This document shows, in pieces, positions 1-11,316 of a DNA stretch of 64,000 nucleotides. Position numbers and translations under genes: made by a program. The DNA comes from Cenococcum geophilum (taxonomy: Eukaryota), in NCBI GenBank assembly GCA_050273025.1, contig CP158636.1, positions 11,160,001-11,224,000 of the forward strand, read 5' to 3'. How positions within the stretch are numbered: position 1 is the first letter of the stretch; every line of letters starts with the position of its first letter. The notes under the pieces were generated by a model that did not search any database, was not told the origin of the DNA, and was given only the letters and a program-made list of their open reading frames with translations.

Positions 1-195
1 CGACGCGACCAGCTTGCCGTCCGGCGAGAAGGCAACGGCGCAGACCAAATTCGAATGGCCCTCGAGCGTCTGCAGCGCCGCTCCCGTGGCTGCGTCCCAG
101 AGCCTGATGGTGCGGTCGTCCGATGCCGACGCGACCAGCTTGCCGTCCGGCGAGAAGGCGACGGCGTTGACAATGTCCGAATGGCCCTGTAAAAC
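1..195 (-). repeat. Highly conserved 126-bp (42-aa) WD40 repeat units
   Basis: Positions 1-40 and 127-166 match at 39/40 nt, giving a period of 126 bp. GHS..V.AVAFSPDGKLVAS occurs twice. Confidence 0.92.
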
Positions 196-3100
196 TTTTA
201 AAATATGGTATATTACCGTAACAGGGTTGCAGCCGACGCTGTCTCTTTCATGGCTTTGGGATTGGGAGGATGAGCTGAAGACAATATGATCAGATTCGTT
301 ACTTAACGAGATTAGGTTTCGGTGATGCTTGTCGCGCTCATGCTTTTGAAGTTCCTGCGAAGTTTCAAAGCGCAATGTGCAGCCACGGTAAACGCAAGTG
401 TAGGTATCGGGGTCGACGGCAGAAGATGCTGGCTGTGTCGAGACCCCGTTTTCAAGTGCCGCTGAGGAAAGCTTAACAGAGCGTAAACGCACGGATCTTG
501 GAATTGTTGGTGGTGTATCTTCGTGGTTCTCCCTCATGTGGCGCTTGAGTGCTTCCAAAGATCCAAAACTTAAACCATAAGAACAACTAGAGTTATTACA
601 TAGCAGTGGCGGAGCATGGATGAGTTCGTGTTGCCTACGAAGCTGATCATTTGCAAATCCAGTCGTCGATTGTGTGCAGCCGAAGAAACGACAGACAAAG
701 GCTGTTGGCCCGTATGTAGATTTGAATATAGACAATTGTCCATTCGTAAGACCGGGAAAGCTGTCGGACCCAAGTAATTGATGTACCCGATTCAGATAAC
801 TATGTAGCATATTGCTGAACGGAGTGGGGTCTCGCTCTTGAGACCGTGTAGTATCTACGTGAGCACGTTTAATTAGCAACTATCTTTGGTCTCGTTCCAA
901 AGATACGGAAGCACAGCGCAAAGAGCCGTGGACGTGGGCGTACGCCCAAGTGGTTCCGAATATCTTACAAACCGAAAGGCACGTACTGATTCCACGCGCA
1001 GAGTGGTCACAAAATGTACTCATGTTTCGCATACATGGAATAGATTAACTGTACATACCAAAGTTGGTTTCTAACTGTTTCCTCTGTTGCGAATCTCGGA
1101 ATGCAACTATTTTGCTGGCCAGTCTGTGAATTTCAGGGCAATCCGCTAAATAAGCAAGGCGTCCATCGACTGAGAGAAAGCGATCTCGCGGAGGCGCAGA
1201 ATTGCTCAAATTTTGCACTTCGTAGCGCTTTTGTAAATCAACAAGTCGGCCAAGTTGATGGCGAAGGGAACCGGATTCGTTGGTATTGAGACTACCACCG
1301 GCATGAATATAAGAGGAGAGATGGTCAATCCAGTACTCATTTGCATACAAGTAGAGTGCGTGAAACCCTCTACCAACATTGGCGGTACGGTGGTCTTCCG
1401 GAGACCTAGCATTAATGAGGCCGATACTAAATCCAATGCATGCAACGCATGCCGTCGTGAGATCATATTCCGCTTTCGGTTGCTTCAAAAACGGGCCGCT
1501 AAGTTTATGCACAAGATATCTTACGGAAATTAGCCGTCGCCAATGTTGAGCAACGTGTCGCCCTTACTCGTGAACGGAGAAGTGAACAAATGTCACTATC
1601 CCGTTAAAGCCATCCTCAATCAGCGGTCTGCAAAGGTGCAATACTGTCTCTGATAGTTTCTCGCCCTCATTCGGAGTATCGCCAGCTGTAGGGAAAGCTA
1701 GAGCATTTTGGAGTTCAAATTTCTGAAGGGGTCGTTTTGCGAAGGCAATCCACTCCAGAATACGAATGGCCTTTTTAAAACTCTGGGGGCTGAGGTTCCT
1801 AATTCTATCAAGGATCCGCTCATAGCTAGTAAAAGAGTAAGCAACAATACAACAGATTATGTGTAGGCCATATAGCGCACTCACAAATCCTTCAGACCTG
1901 TTGGAAGACTTCGAACAACAGTTTTCAACTCGCTAGTGCTATATACATCATCTTCCAAGACACCTAGTACAAGCCGGACCCACAGAAACATCCCTTTTCA
2001 AATATGCAAATTATCAGTAGCTTATTATTTGACGCTATATGGGCGGATACTTAGCTGACCCTCGGATTTCGTGACAATCTCCTTTTCAATACCAGATATT
2101 ACACGTTCGTCAACTTCGAGGTCTTGGAATTTCTCATACATTTCGAGAATTCTCTGATGTACAAAGCTTTGGATAGCTGCGTTGATTGAATTGCTTTCAT
2201 CGTTGAGAGACAGAGTAGGCCCTTTTGAGAGAACTGCAGTGATATAACGAACATCTCTGCTTGCAATCAAGATTTTGCACGCCACCCCTGACACACCACC
2301 TGACGCATAGGGTAGTATATCTCTTAACACAACTTTTTGCTCTGCGTCTTCACATTCGTCGAGTCCATCTATGATAATACGAGGTCCTTTTACGGAGGAA
2401 AGAAGATTTGCAAGTATCTGCTTTAAGTTTTGCACGGAAGACGTGAGACCTTTTAAGATAAATTCGTCGTAAATGTATGACGAGAGGTCCCGATTGTGCC
2501 TTAGGAGTTGCGCGGTTAACGACTTTAGAACTAGAGCAGATTGGGTTGAGTCAGCCGACAAGTAGCTGCAAAAGTGAAACAAAACAGTAGATTGACGATC
2601 CTGTCGCAGAAACTGGATTAGCTTGGAGCATAGTATGCTTTTGCCTGGCTAACGTAAGTGACTATTTTTTGATTAACCGATAGTGAACTTACCAGATCCT
2701 GGCTTCCCCTTTAACCACAATAACGGCTGGGTAGGCTGGTCTTTTGACCACGCCCTGATCTTTGAGTTCCTCACTATCCATTCCGATGTTTCTGGATAGC
2801 AACTGCACAAAAGCCGATCAAGAAGATCATCTTGTTGGTCCTGTTTAGTTGCTGTGCTCCCGAGCCAAGAAATTACTGATTGGACTTGGGCAGCAGATTG
2901 CTCCATCTCCCTCTTTGCCGCCGCCTGGATTGCTCGCTGCCTCCATTCCCTTGCTTCAGCAATTGCAAAAGCGTTGGCCTCACGATCAACCATATCAGTA
3001 TGTTTCGCCAGGCTCTCTAAAATACACTTAAAACGTGCGTCGAATCGTCCCCACGAGGAACTGAAGAAGCATTTCCACCCTAATCTAAGTGAGTTAAGGA

Positions 3101-4100
3101 CATACAGGCTAGGAATGAATGCCACTCACCACGTCTTCTGAAGAATTTATAGGCACTGTGATGGAACTCCAGTATGTCGGTATAGACAATAGCAAGAACT
3201 TGTTGAAATTCCGGATTATCACTGAAAGTGTCGCTTAAACGATCGAAGCGAGGAAGGTTTTCTGCAATTTGTCCGTACGCAGATATAAGTTTCTCGAATG
3301 CTGCCGTGAAGTCTGCGGCAAGCTGATGCTCTCATTAGTTTCAAGAACTGCTAAGTTTGGCAGCAACAATACGGGTTGAAAATGATAAATTATAGGCTGT
3401 GAATACCCATAGTCAGATTCGACAGCTGTACCGCGCAATTTTGGGATATCGACTGTTTCTCGGTAGAACTCCATCTCCTGCGAAAACACTTTGAAAAAAG
3501 GTGTAGAGAAGCTATTCCAAATTGTCTTTTGTTGTATTTTGGATATTTTGGTGCTCACGGAATGATACTTTTCTTTTGCATGCCAATGGAATTTAGAGAG
3601 ACCTTCGTTTTCTGATTACTTGACTTATCAAATACCACCGGTTTCTAAAGTAGTAAAAGTGCTTGACAGGACGAAACTTTAGATTACCTGCAACATCAGT
3701 CTTACTGGAGCCTGCGAATCCGTAATTATTAGAAGCCACCACTAAGAGTCGTCGGGTGTTCCGGTTTATAACTTACCCAGATCCAAGGAAGATATGGCGT
3801 TCCGTTGCAGAGTACTTCGATTACTTTCGAGTAGTGTTCGAGTCCGTCAAGAAAAGGTTGGACCCGTCGCATGTTACGAAGACACTGCCTTGCAGCAAGT
3901 TGCCGCTCAACTTCTTTTGCTGCATTTCGTACATCTTCCAGACTAGAAGACTGGAAGTTATGAGAATCCTCAACAGAGAATTTCCGTACCGTTTGCTCAA
4001 ATTTGTTGAAAGCATCTTGGAACGCAAGTCGAGCTTGTGGAGCAAGGGCTTTCGGCGAGGTTGAGGCTGAGGGGCCCGAGCTCCCGGACACCAGGCACAT
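1..4100 (-). CDS. Fungal NLR (STAND) protein, multi-exon, 3' end outside window: N-terminal helical domain - NACHT - 3x C2H2 zinc finger - HET-E-type WD40 repeats
   Basis: GCCATG start at 4100. The N-terminal exon (LCNGTPYLPWIW-APVRLML) is typical of fungal NACHT proteins. Walker A LWLKGKPGSG/KS is split by an intron near 2647-2694; Walker B is IIIDGLDEC; there is also a FVHFSV motif. The last exon (about 854 to <1) translates by hand without stops through CRFFGC..H..IH, CNNSSC..H...H and CVYRGC..H...H, then LQGHSDIVNAVAFSPDGKLVASASDDRTIRLWD and a second repeat. Confidence 0.9.
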
Positions 4101-4477
4101 GGCGAGATGCTTTTCCAGCAGACTTATTATTGTCTGTGAGAAAGAAATTGATGTCTCTGCTTCCGTTGTGATGGGCCGTTTCCTACAGTCCTCCTGAAGA
4201 GCGGTTCAAAGAAGTTATGGAGGCGTAATGAACGAGGCGGACTCGCTTTCAGCCTTGCCAACAATGTGCACCAATGCTAGGCCCCCTGCATGTAGTCTTT
4301 AGCCTCGCTTTGACGACTTTTCGCTTTCTCTGTGCAACCAGAGTAGCTCATAATGTTATTGACGACAATGAGTGTTATGACCTCTCTTCGCTGACTGGAG
4401 TGCCGGAGCTATGGTATGACTTCATATACTTGTATGAGAATACAGTGTTAACTTCCTCAGGCAATCTTCCACATGCC
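4101..4477. promoter_or_regulatory. Probable shared bidirectional promoter of the NLR and SNF2 genes
   Basis: 377 bp between two divergent GCCATG start codons. Inferred from gene arrangement only; an in-frame upstream ATG at 4274 would shorten it. Confidence 0.5.
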
Positions 4478-7400
4478 ATGGCACCTCCGCAAGCTTTCCC
4501 TTCGAGCGTACCTGGTGAGACAAAATTGCAGATGAGGACGGCTGAAGATTACGCACAGCGAGGGTCAAATACTGCCCTCGTACGCTCCGACGAATTTGAG
4601 CTGCATCAATCCAAACGCCGCCGGCTGGATACTCATAATGAGAGAAGCGTGTGCATTACCCCAACGGAAGCAATAAAATACGAACAATGGAGTACAGCTG
4701 GATGTATTTCACGAGAAACACTTCCTAACCGAAAGGAAGAGGTGTATTCCTTTGAATGCCATCAGAATGATCAGGCCTCCTTCAACTGGAGTTTGGAGAT
4801 GCCTTTGGAAATTCAGTATACTGCTTCAAAATCTGCTGAGGCTTCACCAGGACTACATCTACAGCAAGATGCAACTCAGGTGTGCTCTACTAATGAAGTG
4901 TTATTTCAAAGCTTCGACTCTTCTACCGTGTCACTGTATTACTCCCAACATTACCCACCCCTTTCTGATCACGGCCATGCTGCTAACCTAGCTTATCTCT
5001 CCACCAGACATCAATCCACTGGAGTACTGAGAGAATTAGCAGACTCTCCTATTAGCTGTTCAATTGTAAATGATCAAGTCTGCTTTGGTATGGTGAGTTA
5101 GTGTGCCTCCATCAGTTCCCCTCCCATATACTTTTCACTTACTTCTGCCAAAAGGTTACTGGGGTGCCCGCTCGTTTTTCTTCTTGCCATCTGCCGCAGA
5201 ATATTTTTAGACATCCAGTTCAGCTACTAGAAAGTGGAAAATTCTCACTGAAAGGTATACCATTTGTGGAAGGCGTCGTAGGTCCACGAGAAGCCCAAGT
5301 ACTCTATACACTTTCACAGGATAGTCAACTCGACATGCAGATCTTTCTCTCACCTTCTGATAACTGCATAAAAGAAGGAAGAAATCAACGTGCCGCAGCG
5401 CTTACTATAATTGTTTATGGTCCCTTAGACCTCTTTGATGATGTGGGAGATTTCTTCCAAACGTGTAATATGTATCTACAGGACCCTGTGGGTTGTGATC
5501 GAAACGTCAGATATTGCAACCCCCATCGGCTGTCTGGCCTTGACGTAGAGGCTCCCATGACTCTCGATCTAGATTCAGCTCATCGTCATATGCACATAAG
5601 CGAGATAAGCGGGAACATCGATCTCCTCGAAGGATTAAATGCTCCCATAAATCTACCGGAAACTGAATCTCCTCCGGCATTAGTAACTTCCCTTTTTCGG
5701 TAAGTATTCTATTTTTTATTCGTCTAAAATGCTAAGTGTGGGCTTAGACATCAAAAACAAGCTCTGTATTTCATGGTTAAGAGAGAGCGTGGGTGGGCTT
5801 TGGATGAATGTGGAAAGGACGTGTGGAGTGAAGTGATGACCCCGAATGGTAAATTGTACGAATGGCTAGCTTTTCTTTCGCAATCAAGCCCTAATCATGC
5901 TAGATACATGAACAACATTACCAGAAAGACACAAATCTCAAGACCGCCACAGTTCTGTGGAGGTATACTTGCAGACCCAATGGGACTTGGGAAATCATTG
6001 AGTATGATATCACTTATCGCAAACGACTCCTCAAATACTTCTCAGGATATGTCGGAAGAACTAAAAGATATGAATTGCTACGAATCGTATCACTTTACCA
6101 GCGCTACCCTTCTCATCGTGCCACCACCTTGTGAGTAACCTTTCACCTTTGCCGCAGTTAGAGATTTAATGCTTTCAACAGTGATACCGACTTGGGAAAA
6201 TCAATTCAAAAAGTAAGAATTCGGCTAGCATGCTACAATGCCTGTACTAACAGCTTAGACACCTAAAGGAGGGCACGCTTGTCATCCGTCGGCACCATGC
6301 TGGAAAACGCATTACGAAGAAGTCACAGCTCGATAATTGTAATGTCGTTATTACTACATATCAGACTACTGAGTCGGAGTGGAGGAAAGGATCAGGGTCC
6401 TTATTGTTCTCTCTGCACTGGCGTCGTATCATTCTGGATGAAGGTTTGTAGACATCATATACTGTTATACCATTCCCAGGCTAAATCTCCACAGCGCATT
6501 ACGTTCGAGATCGCTCAACAAATACGGCAAAGGCAGTCTGCTCCCTTCATTCTGCTTCACGGTGGGCCGTCACTGGTACACCTTTGCAAAACCGCCTAAC
6601 TGACCTCGCAACGATTTTTCATTTTCTGCGCGTTTGCCCGTATGATGATCCGAAAACATTCGATGCTGACATCACTCAAGTTTGGAAGTCCCGCCAAGAC
6701 ACACATGCCATCGAGAGACTAAAACGACTACTCCAGTGCATATTGCTCCGGCGTTCGAAGAATTCCATTGAACTTCCTTCAAGAGTTGACAAGTTGTTCG
6801 CCTTGGATTTTAGCCATGAAGAACGTTCACTCTATGAAGAGTTAAGAACAAGAGCTGTGCGTGTTCTGGACAATGCATTGGGCATGCAGTCCGGATCATC
6901 CTTTCGAGTATCGTACATGAATTCTCTACAGAGAATAAGTGATCTTCGTCTAATATGCAATCTGGGAGTGTATAAACGATCAACTAGTACACGCCAGATT
7001 AGCCTCGACGTTAACCGGACGAAATGCGAATGGAATACTGCCGCAGCGCAAAGAATGTTCGACTCCCTTGTGACGGTTGAAAATGTCTCTTGTTTTTCAT
7101 GTTCCCTGGACCTGGATGCGACCGAGGACGACATGTTGGCTGGAGGACCTAGAGATCATTCACATCTGCACATTTCGCGTTGCCTTCGTATTATATGCTC
7201 GAGTTGCACCCAGCAGTTTTCAGAGTCTCCGAATGCTAATATATCCCTATGTGGCCATGTACCACAGTGCCCTGTGATCCCTGTCTCGAGGGGCTCTTTT
7301 TCGAACAATTCTTCAAATGTGTCCTCACCAAGGCCATCCGAATTTGCGCAAGATCAGGAGGGACTGTCAACCAAAGTCAAGGCTCTCATTACCGATCTGC

Positions 7401-8095
7401 AAAATCTACAGGAGGGCGTGAAGAGGTGAGTATTACGAAAGCCGACCTTTAAACATGCGTACAGGAGTAGAGCTTACTGTATTAGCGTCGTATTTTCCTA
7501 TTGGAGGTCCACCCTCGATTTAATTGAGCAGGGACTTGATCAAGCTTCAATCTCTTATGTCCGATTCGACGGCAAAGTTTCTCCAGAAAATAGGCTAATT
7601 GCGTTGGACAAGTTTCGGCGCGAGCCGATGATCTCCGTCATACTTATGACCATATCATGCGCATCAGTTGGGTAAGAATACCATGCTCATTACATCATTT
7701 AAGAAACTCCTAACAAAGCGTAGTCTTGATATCACTGCAGCCTCTTGCGCCTATATCATGGAACCACAGTGGAACCCTACGGTCGAGGAGCAAGCCTTGG
7801 CTCGGATTCACCGAATGGGTCAGACGAAAGAAGTTACAACCGTCCGATTTGTGATGAAGGGCTCTTTTGAAGAGGTTTTTCCACCGATTCTCCACAGCAA
7901 CGATTGCTAACTATAAATAGCATGTCTTGAAGGTTCAACGTCGGAAAAGAGAACTAGAAGACCTGCTTCTTTCGCAGAAGCCCCATACAGATGCTGAAAA
8001 TGGTGTAAACCGGTTGGAAGTATGATAATTCGAGCCTCTTCGATTGACGAAACGGTCTAATAACTGCGTAGTATCTCCACTCACTTCTCAGGTGA
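4478..8095 (+). CDS. SNF2-family ATPase/helicase, Rad5/Rad16-like, with degenerate RING-like insert; about 11 exons
   Basis: Motifs in order: HQKQAL, GGILADPMGLGKS (Walker A), WRRIILDE/AH (Walker B across an intron), RWAVTGTPLQNRL, a Cys-rich insert (CFSC..C..CSSC..CGHVPQC), VVFSYW, ASVG/LDIT, MEPQWNPTVEEQALARIHRMGQ. Canonical introns; ends YLHSLLR* at 8095. Confidence 0.9.
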
Positions 8096-8374
8096 ACTAA
8101 TACTTCAGCTGCATCCAAAGTTCTGATAACGGCCGCGCCAGTGATCTTTTAGACCGGGTTAACTCTGGAGCTCTATCGTGGAGCCGAGGCTGCGCTGGAG
8201 GCGGATCCTTTAGTATTATATATTACTATGTAATGCGCGTACCGAATGTAAAATTTTGGAGCTCTCGTTAAGGGGGGGGTAGAAGCTGGTCGTGCACATC
8301 GCTGTAAGCGTGGCTTAGAATCAGGTAATTGAGGTGGCTCGCTTGGGGGGGGGGCACGTTAAGGTGAAAGCTGG

Positions 8375-8772
8375 CACGCGATTGACAGAAAAAGTGAGAC
8401 TGCAAAATCGCGAGATCCACGTTCTTATCGCCCACTACCGGAATTTATAGTCGTCTTTCCGTTTGACTACTTTTACTACTAAGAATACGATAGCCAGAGG
8501 CCTTCGAGCAGCCGTAGTAATTAAAGACTTTATTGTTGAGGCCCTGGAAGCCTATCGCGTGGTTAAACTCGATCGCGCCAGTAATACAGGCCTTCTGCGG
8601 CGTTGTATAGTGTTTTTGAGACCTATACTGCCCGTAGTAGAGATATTGCTTATTATTTTGAGAAGTATGGGGACGACTCTGCATCTGCAAAATGTATGAT
8701 GAAATGTATGGGGGGGAGAGTTTTGGGGTACTCTCGCTTATTTGCAGTCTCATTTTTTTTGTCAATGGCGTG
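8375..8772 (-). mobile_element. Tc1/mariner-type internal-deletion derivative (about 400 bp) with both TIRs
   Basis: Imperfect TIRs: CACGCGATTGACAGAAAAAGTGAGACTGCAAA versus reverse-complement CACGCCATTGACAAAAAAAATGAGACTGCAAA. The internal peptide YTTPQKACITGAIEF..KVFNYYGCSKASGYRIL resembles the N-terminus of fungal Tc1/mariner transposases. Confidence 0.65.
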
Positions 8773-9204
8773 GCTATCCTCGGCGGTTAAGTTAAGCCCT
8801 CCCGGCACATCCGCGTTTGTAGATCGGCACCGCGGCCTTGGCGTACAGCGGTCTTCAAATTACTTAAGTTGGCTCAAAGATTTTTTGGTTTTTGGAAGCG
8901 ATGCCTGGACTCGATATAGGTGAGTTTCGTGTAGATAGTGGTACCGTAAATCGTCTATATTCTGTATAGATGGTAAGCTTAGCGTCTGCTGCGGTAGTTC
9001 CAAATGCTGATATGTTAGACCGCCTTGTGCTGAAATCAACAAGGGGCACAACATCTTTACTAAAAGGAAGACAGAGAAGGTGAAGAACTGTTTTAAAGCT
9101 GAAAGGGTTAAGAAAACCAATTCGCTACCATATGGCCACTCTGAAGATATCAAGATGGAAATTTGGTCAGACCGCAGGGCCTCATTTCAGCTCCGCATTC
9201 TCTA

Positions 9205-9333
9205 TCCCATCACCCGTCAATTATCGTCCTACGTTATCGATAAGAATTTGGCCAATTAGGAGGCATGGATTGAAGTGTTATATGCACGGTCCACACCATT
9301 ATCGATAACGTCGTACCTTGACGGGTGATGGGA
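9205..9333. mobile_element. MITE (129 bp) with TA target-site duplication
   Basis: Perfect 16-bp TIR TCCCATCACCCGTCAA / TTGACGGGTGATGGGA, inner inverted ACGTTATCGATAA, and TA on both sides. Confidence 0.75.
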
Positions 9334-9700
9334 TACCTGCCTAAAAGCCATTTGTGCATGATGAGCTGGAAAGCCTGCTAGGATCAGGGGCCGCTAGTAA
9401 TTGTTCTTAGCGTGGTAGAGTATTCACCTAGACTCTGGCCGAATTTCAACTAGTGATGCGGTCGAGTATGGAAAACGTGATGAAGGATTGGTAGTTGTTC
9501 ATCCGCCAAGAGGATATATTACCATACATTTCAGCCGAGTCAACAGAGGGGCCGAGTCACCAGCGCATTTACATACCCGCATAATACAGTCACTCACAAC
9601 GCCACATCTTTTCGATATAAAATTCCCACCTCGCAACACTATCGCTCAAAACCTGTTACATACTCCCTCCTGAGTTTTTGTACTCCACGAATCACTCAGC

Positions 9701-10457
9701 ATGGCGCCTAAAAAGAACGCCGGCGAAAACTCGAAGAAAGCCGCCGGCCAGGCCCGCAAGGCAGAAGCCGCAGCCCAGAAGCAAGCTGCCAAAGATGCAC
9801 AAGGTGCCGCTGCGGAAGATAAGGAGTGGTCTAAGGGAGCCAAGTCAAACGCTAAAGCGCAAGTCTACTCTCCCTAGTTTGATATACATTTAAAGCACTT
9901 GCCCACCACCATTCTTTATCCAACTCATAAAAGGCTAACAACGGTTCTTACTCTATAGTGAAGCCGCCGCCGCCAAAGCTGCCGAAGCAGCGCGCAAGAA
10001 AGCCGAGAAAGAAGCCCTACTAAAAGAAGAGGAAGCTTCCCTCCCAACAAAGGCCAAAGCCGGGAACGCCAAAACCGCACAAAAGAAAGCCAAAGGCATA
10101 GACTCCGCGCTCTCCTCCTTCTCAGCACCCTCTACGCTCAATGCCTCTGGCATCGACAACGCTCTCGATGCGCTTGACCTGACGCATAACACCACCGACA
10201 AGGTTGATCGACATCCCGAGAGGCGGTTTAAGGCAGCGTATGCGCAGTATGAGGAGCGAAGACTAGAGGAAATGAAAGATGAGAAGGGTTTGAGACGGCA
10301 GCAGAGGATCGACCAGATTAGGAAAGAGTTTGAAAAACATCCGGATAATCCGTTCAACCAAGTCGCCGGTAAATATAACTCAACAAGGGACGAGTTGGCG
10401 GAGATTAGAGAGCAGGAGAAGGAAAAGACGGAGAAGAGGTTGGCTAGTACGACGTAA
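9701..10457 (+). CDS. LSO2: CCDC124/Lso2 family ribosome-associated coiled-coil protein (DUF1014), 2 exons
   Basis: MAPKKNAGENSKKAAGQARKA..W.KGAK..LNASGIDNALDAL..DRHPERRFKAAY..YEERRL..GLRRQQR..EFEKHPDNPFNQ. Intron 9859-9958 is GC-AG. Confidence 0.9.
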
Positions 10458-11316
10458 GAAGTTTTGTTGAACGACATTGGGTGAGATGGGCGTATCCTGG
10501 ATTTCTGGGACATCGGGTTGGCTGGGTTTTCGACGTCATGCATATCTATTCATGAGTGATGAGTAGATGAGAACTTGACGAAGTGCTCGTCGAGCAATCG
10601 GGATGTTGGTGCCTATATTGATTTGATATAGACTGGGTGTTATTCACCCTATTTTTAATAACCCAATCGGAGGAATATTCATTGGACTGTCTTCTAGGCT
10701 CGTGAAGATGACTTTTTTGCTTGAACATATGCCGATATGCCAAAGTCACTATTGAATGCTGTTCTCTGGATATACTGGTATATGGAATTATGTGACAGGA
10801 TTCGGGAATTTTTTTCTGCTATATCAACTGGACTCTCTGAAACTAGATGATTCGAGCCTTTGCCATACTTGACTACTGCGATAAAAATAATTTAATCCAT
10901 AAGAGACGGAAGTGTGACTGCTAACAGACAAGCTGCTATCCCTGTATAGGAAAGTCAAAAGTCTCGGCTCCGTTAGCCTCCTACGTGTCTTTTCACACGG
11001 AATTATGAATGCTTCAACCCTTATTCATTTCCGTGGTAGAATGAATATCAAGGATTTCCCATAGAAAAGTTCAAGCAAGTCTGGAGGCCGATTATATCAG
11101 ATGGTTGCTCCACATACCGTGGCTCCGTTTGACCTTTGTGTGCAGGCCGTGAGACAGAGCTTCGTTTCCCATAACTACAACCGTTGCATTAACTTATATA
11201 AAGAATTGAAATTTCTCTCACTACTATACTCGCTACCCCAATTTCTGTTTATCAACTTTAAGTATCCCTTTCGAGCGCAAAAATGTAATCTTTCTTTGAT
11301 CACTGTTTTGAACGAG

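Noticed and set aside
14..289. Plus-strand 91-aa ORF with an internal repeat
   Set aside because: Antisense shadow of the minus-strand WD40 repeats.
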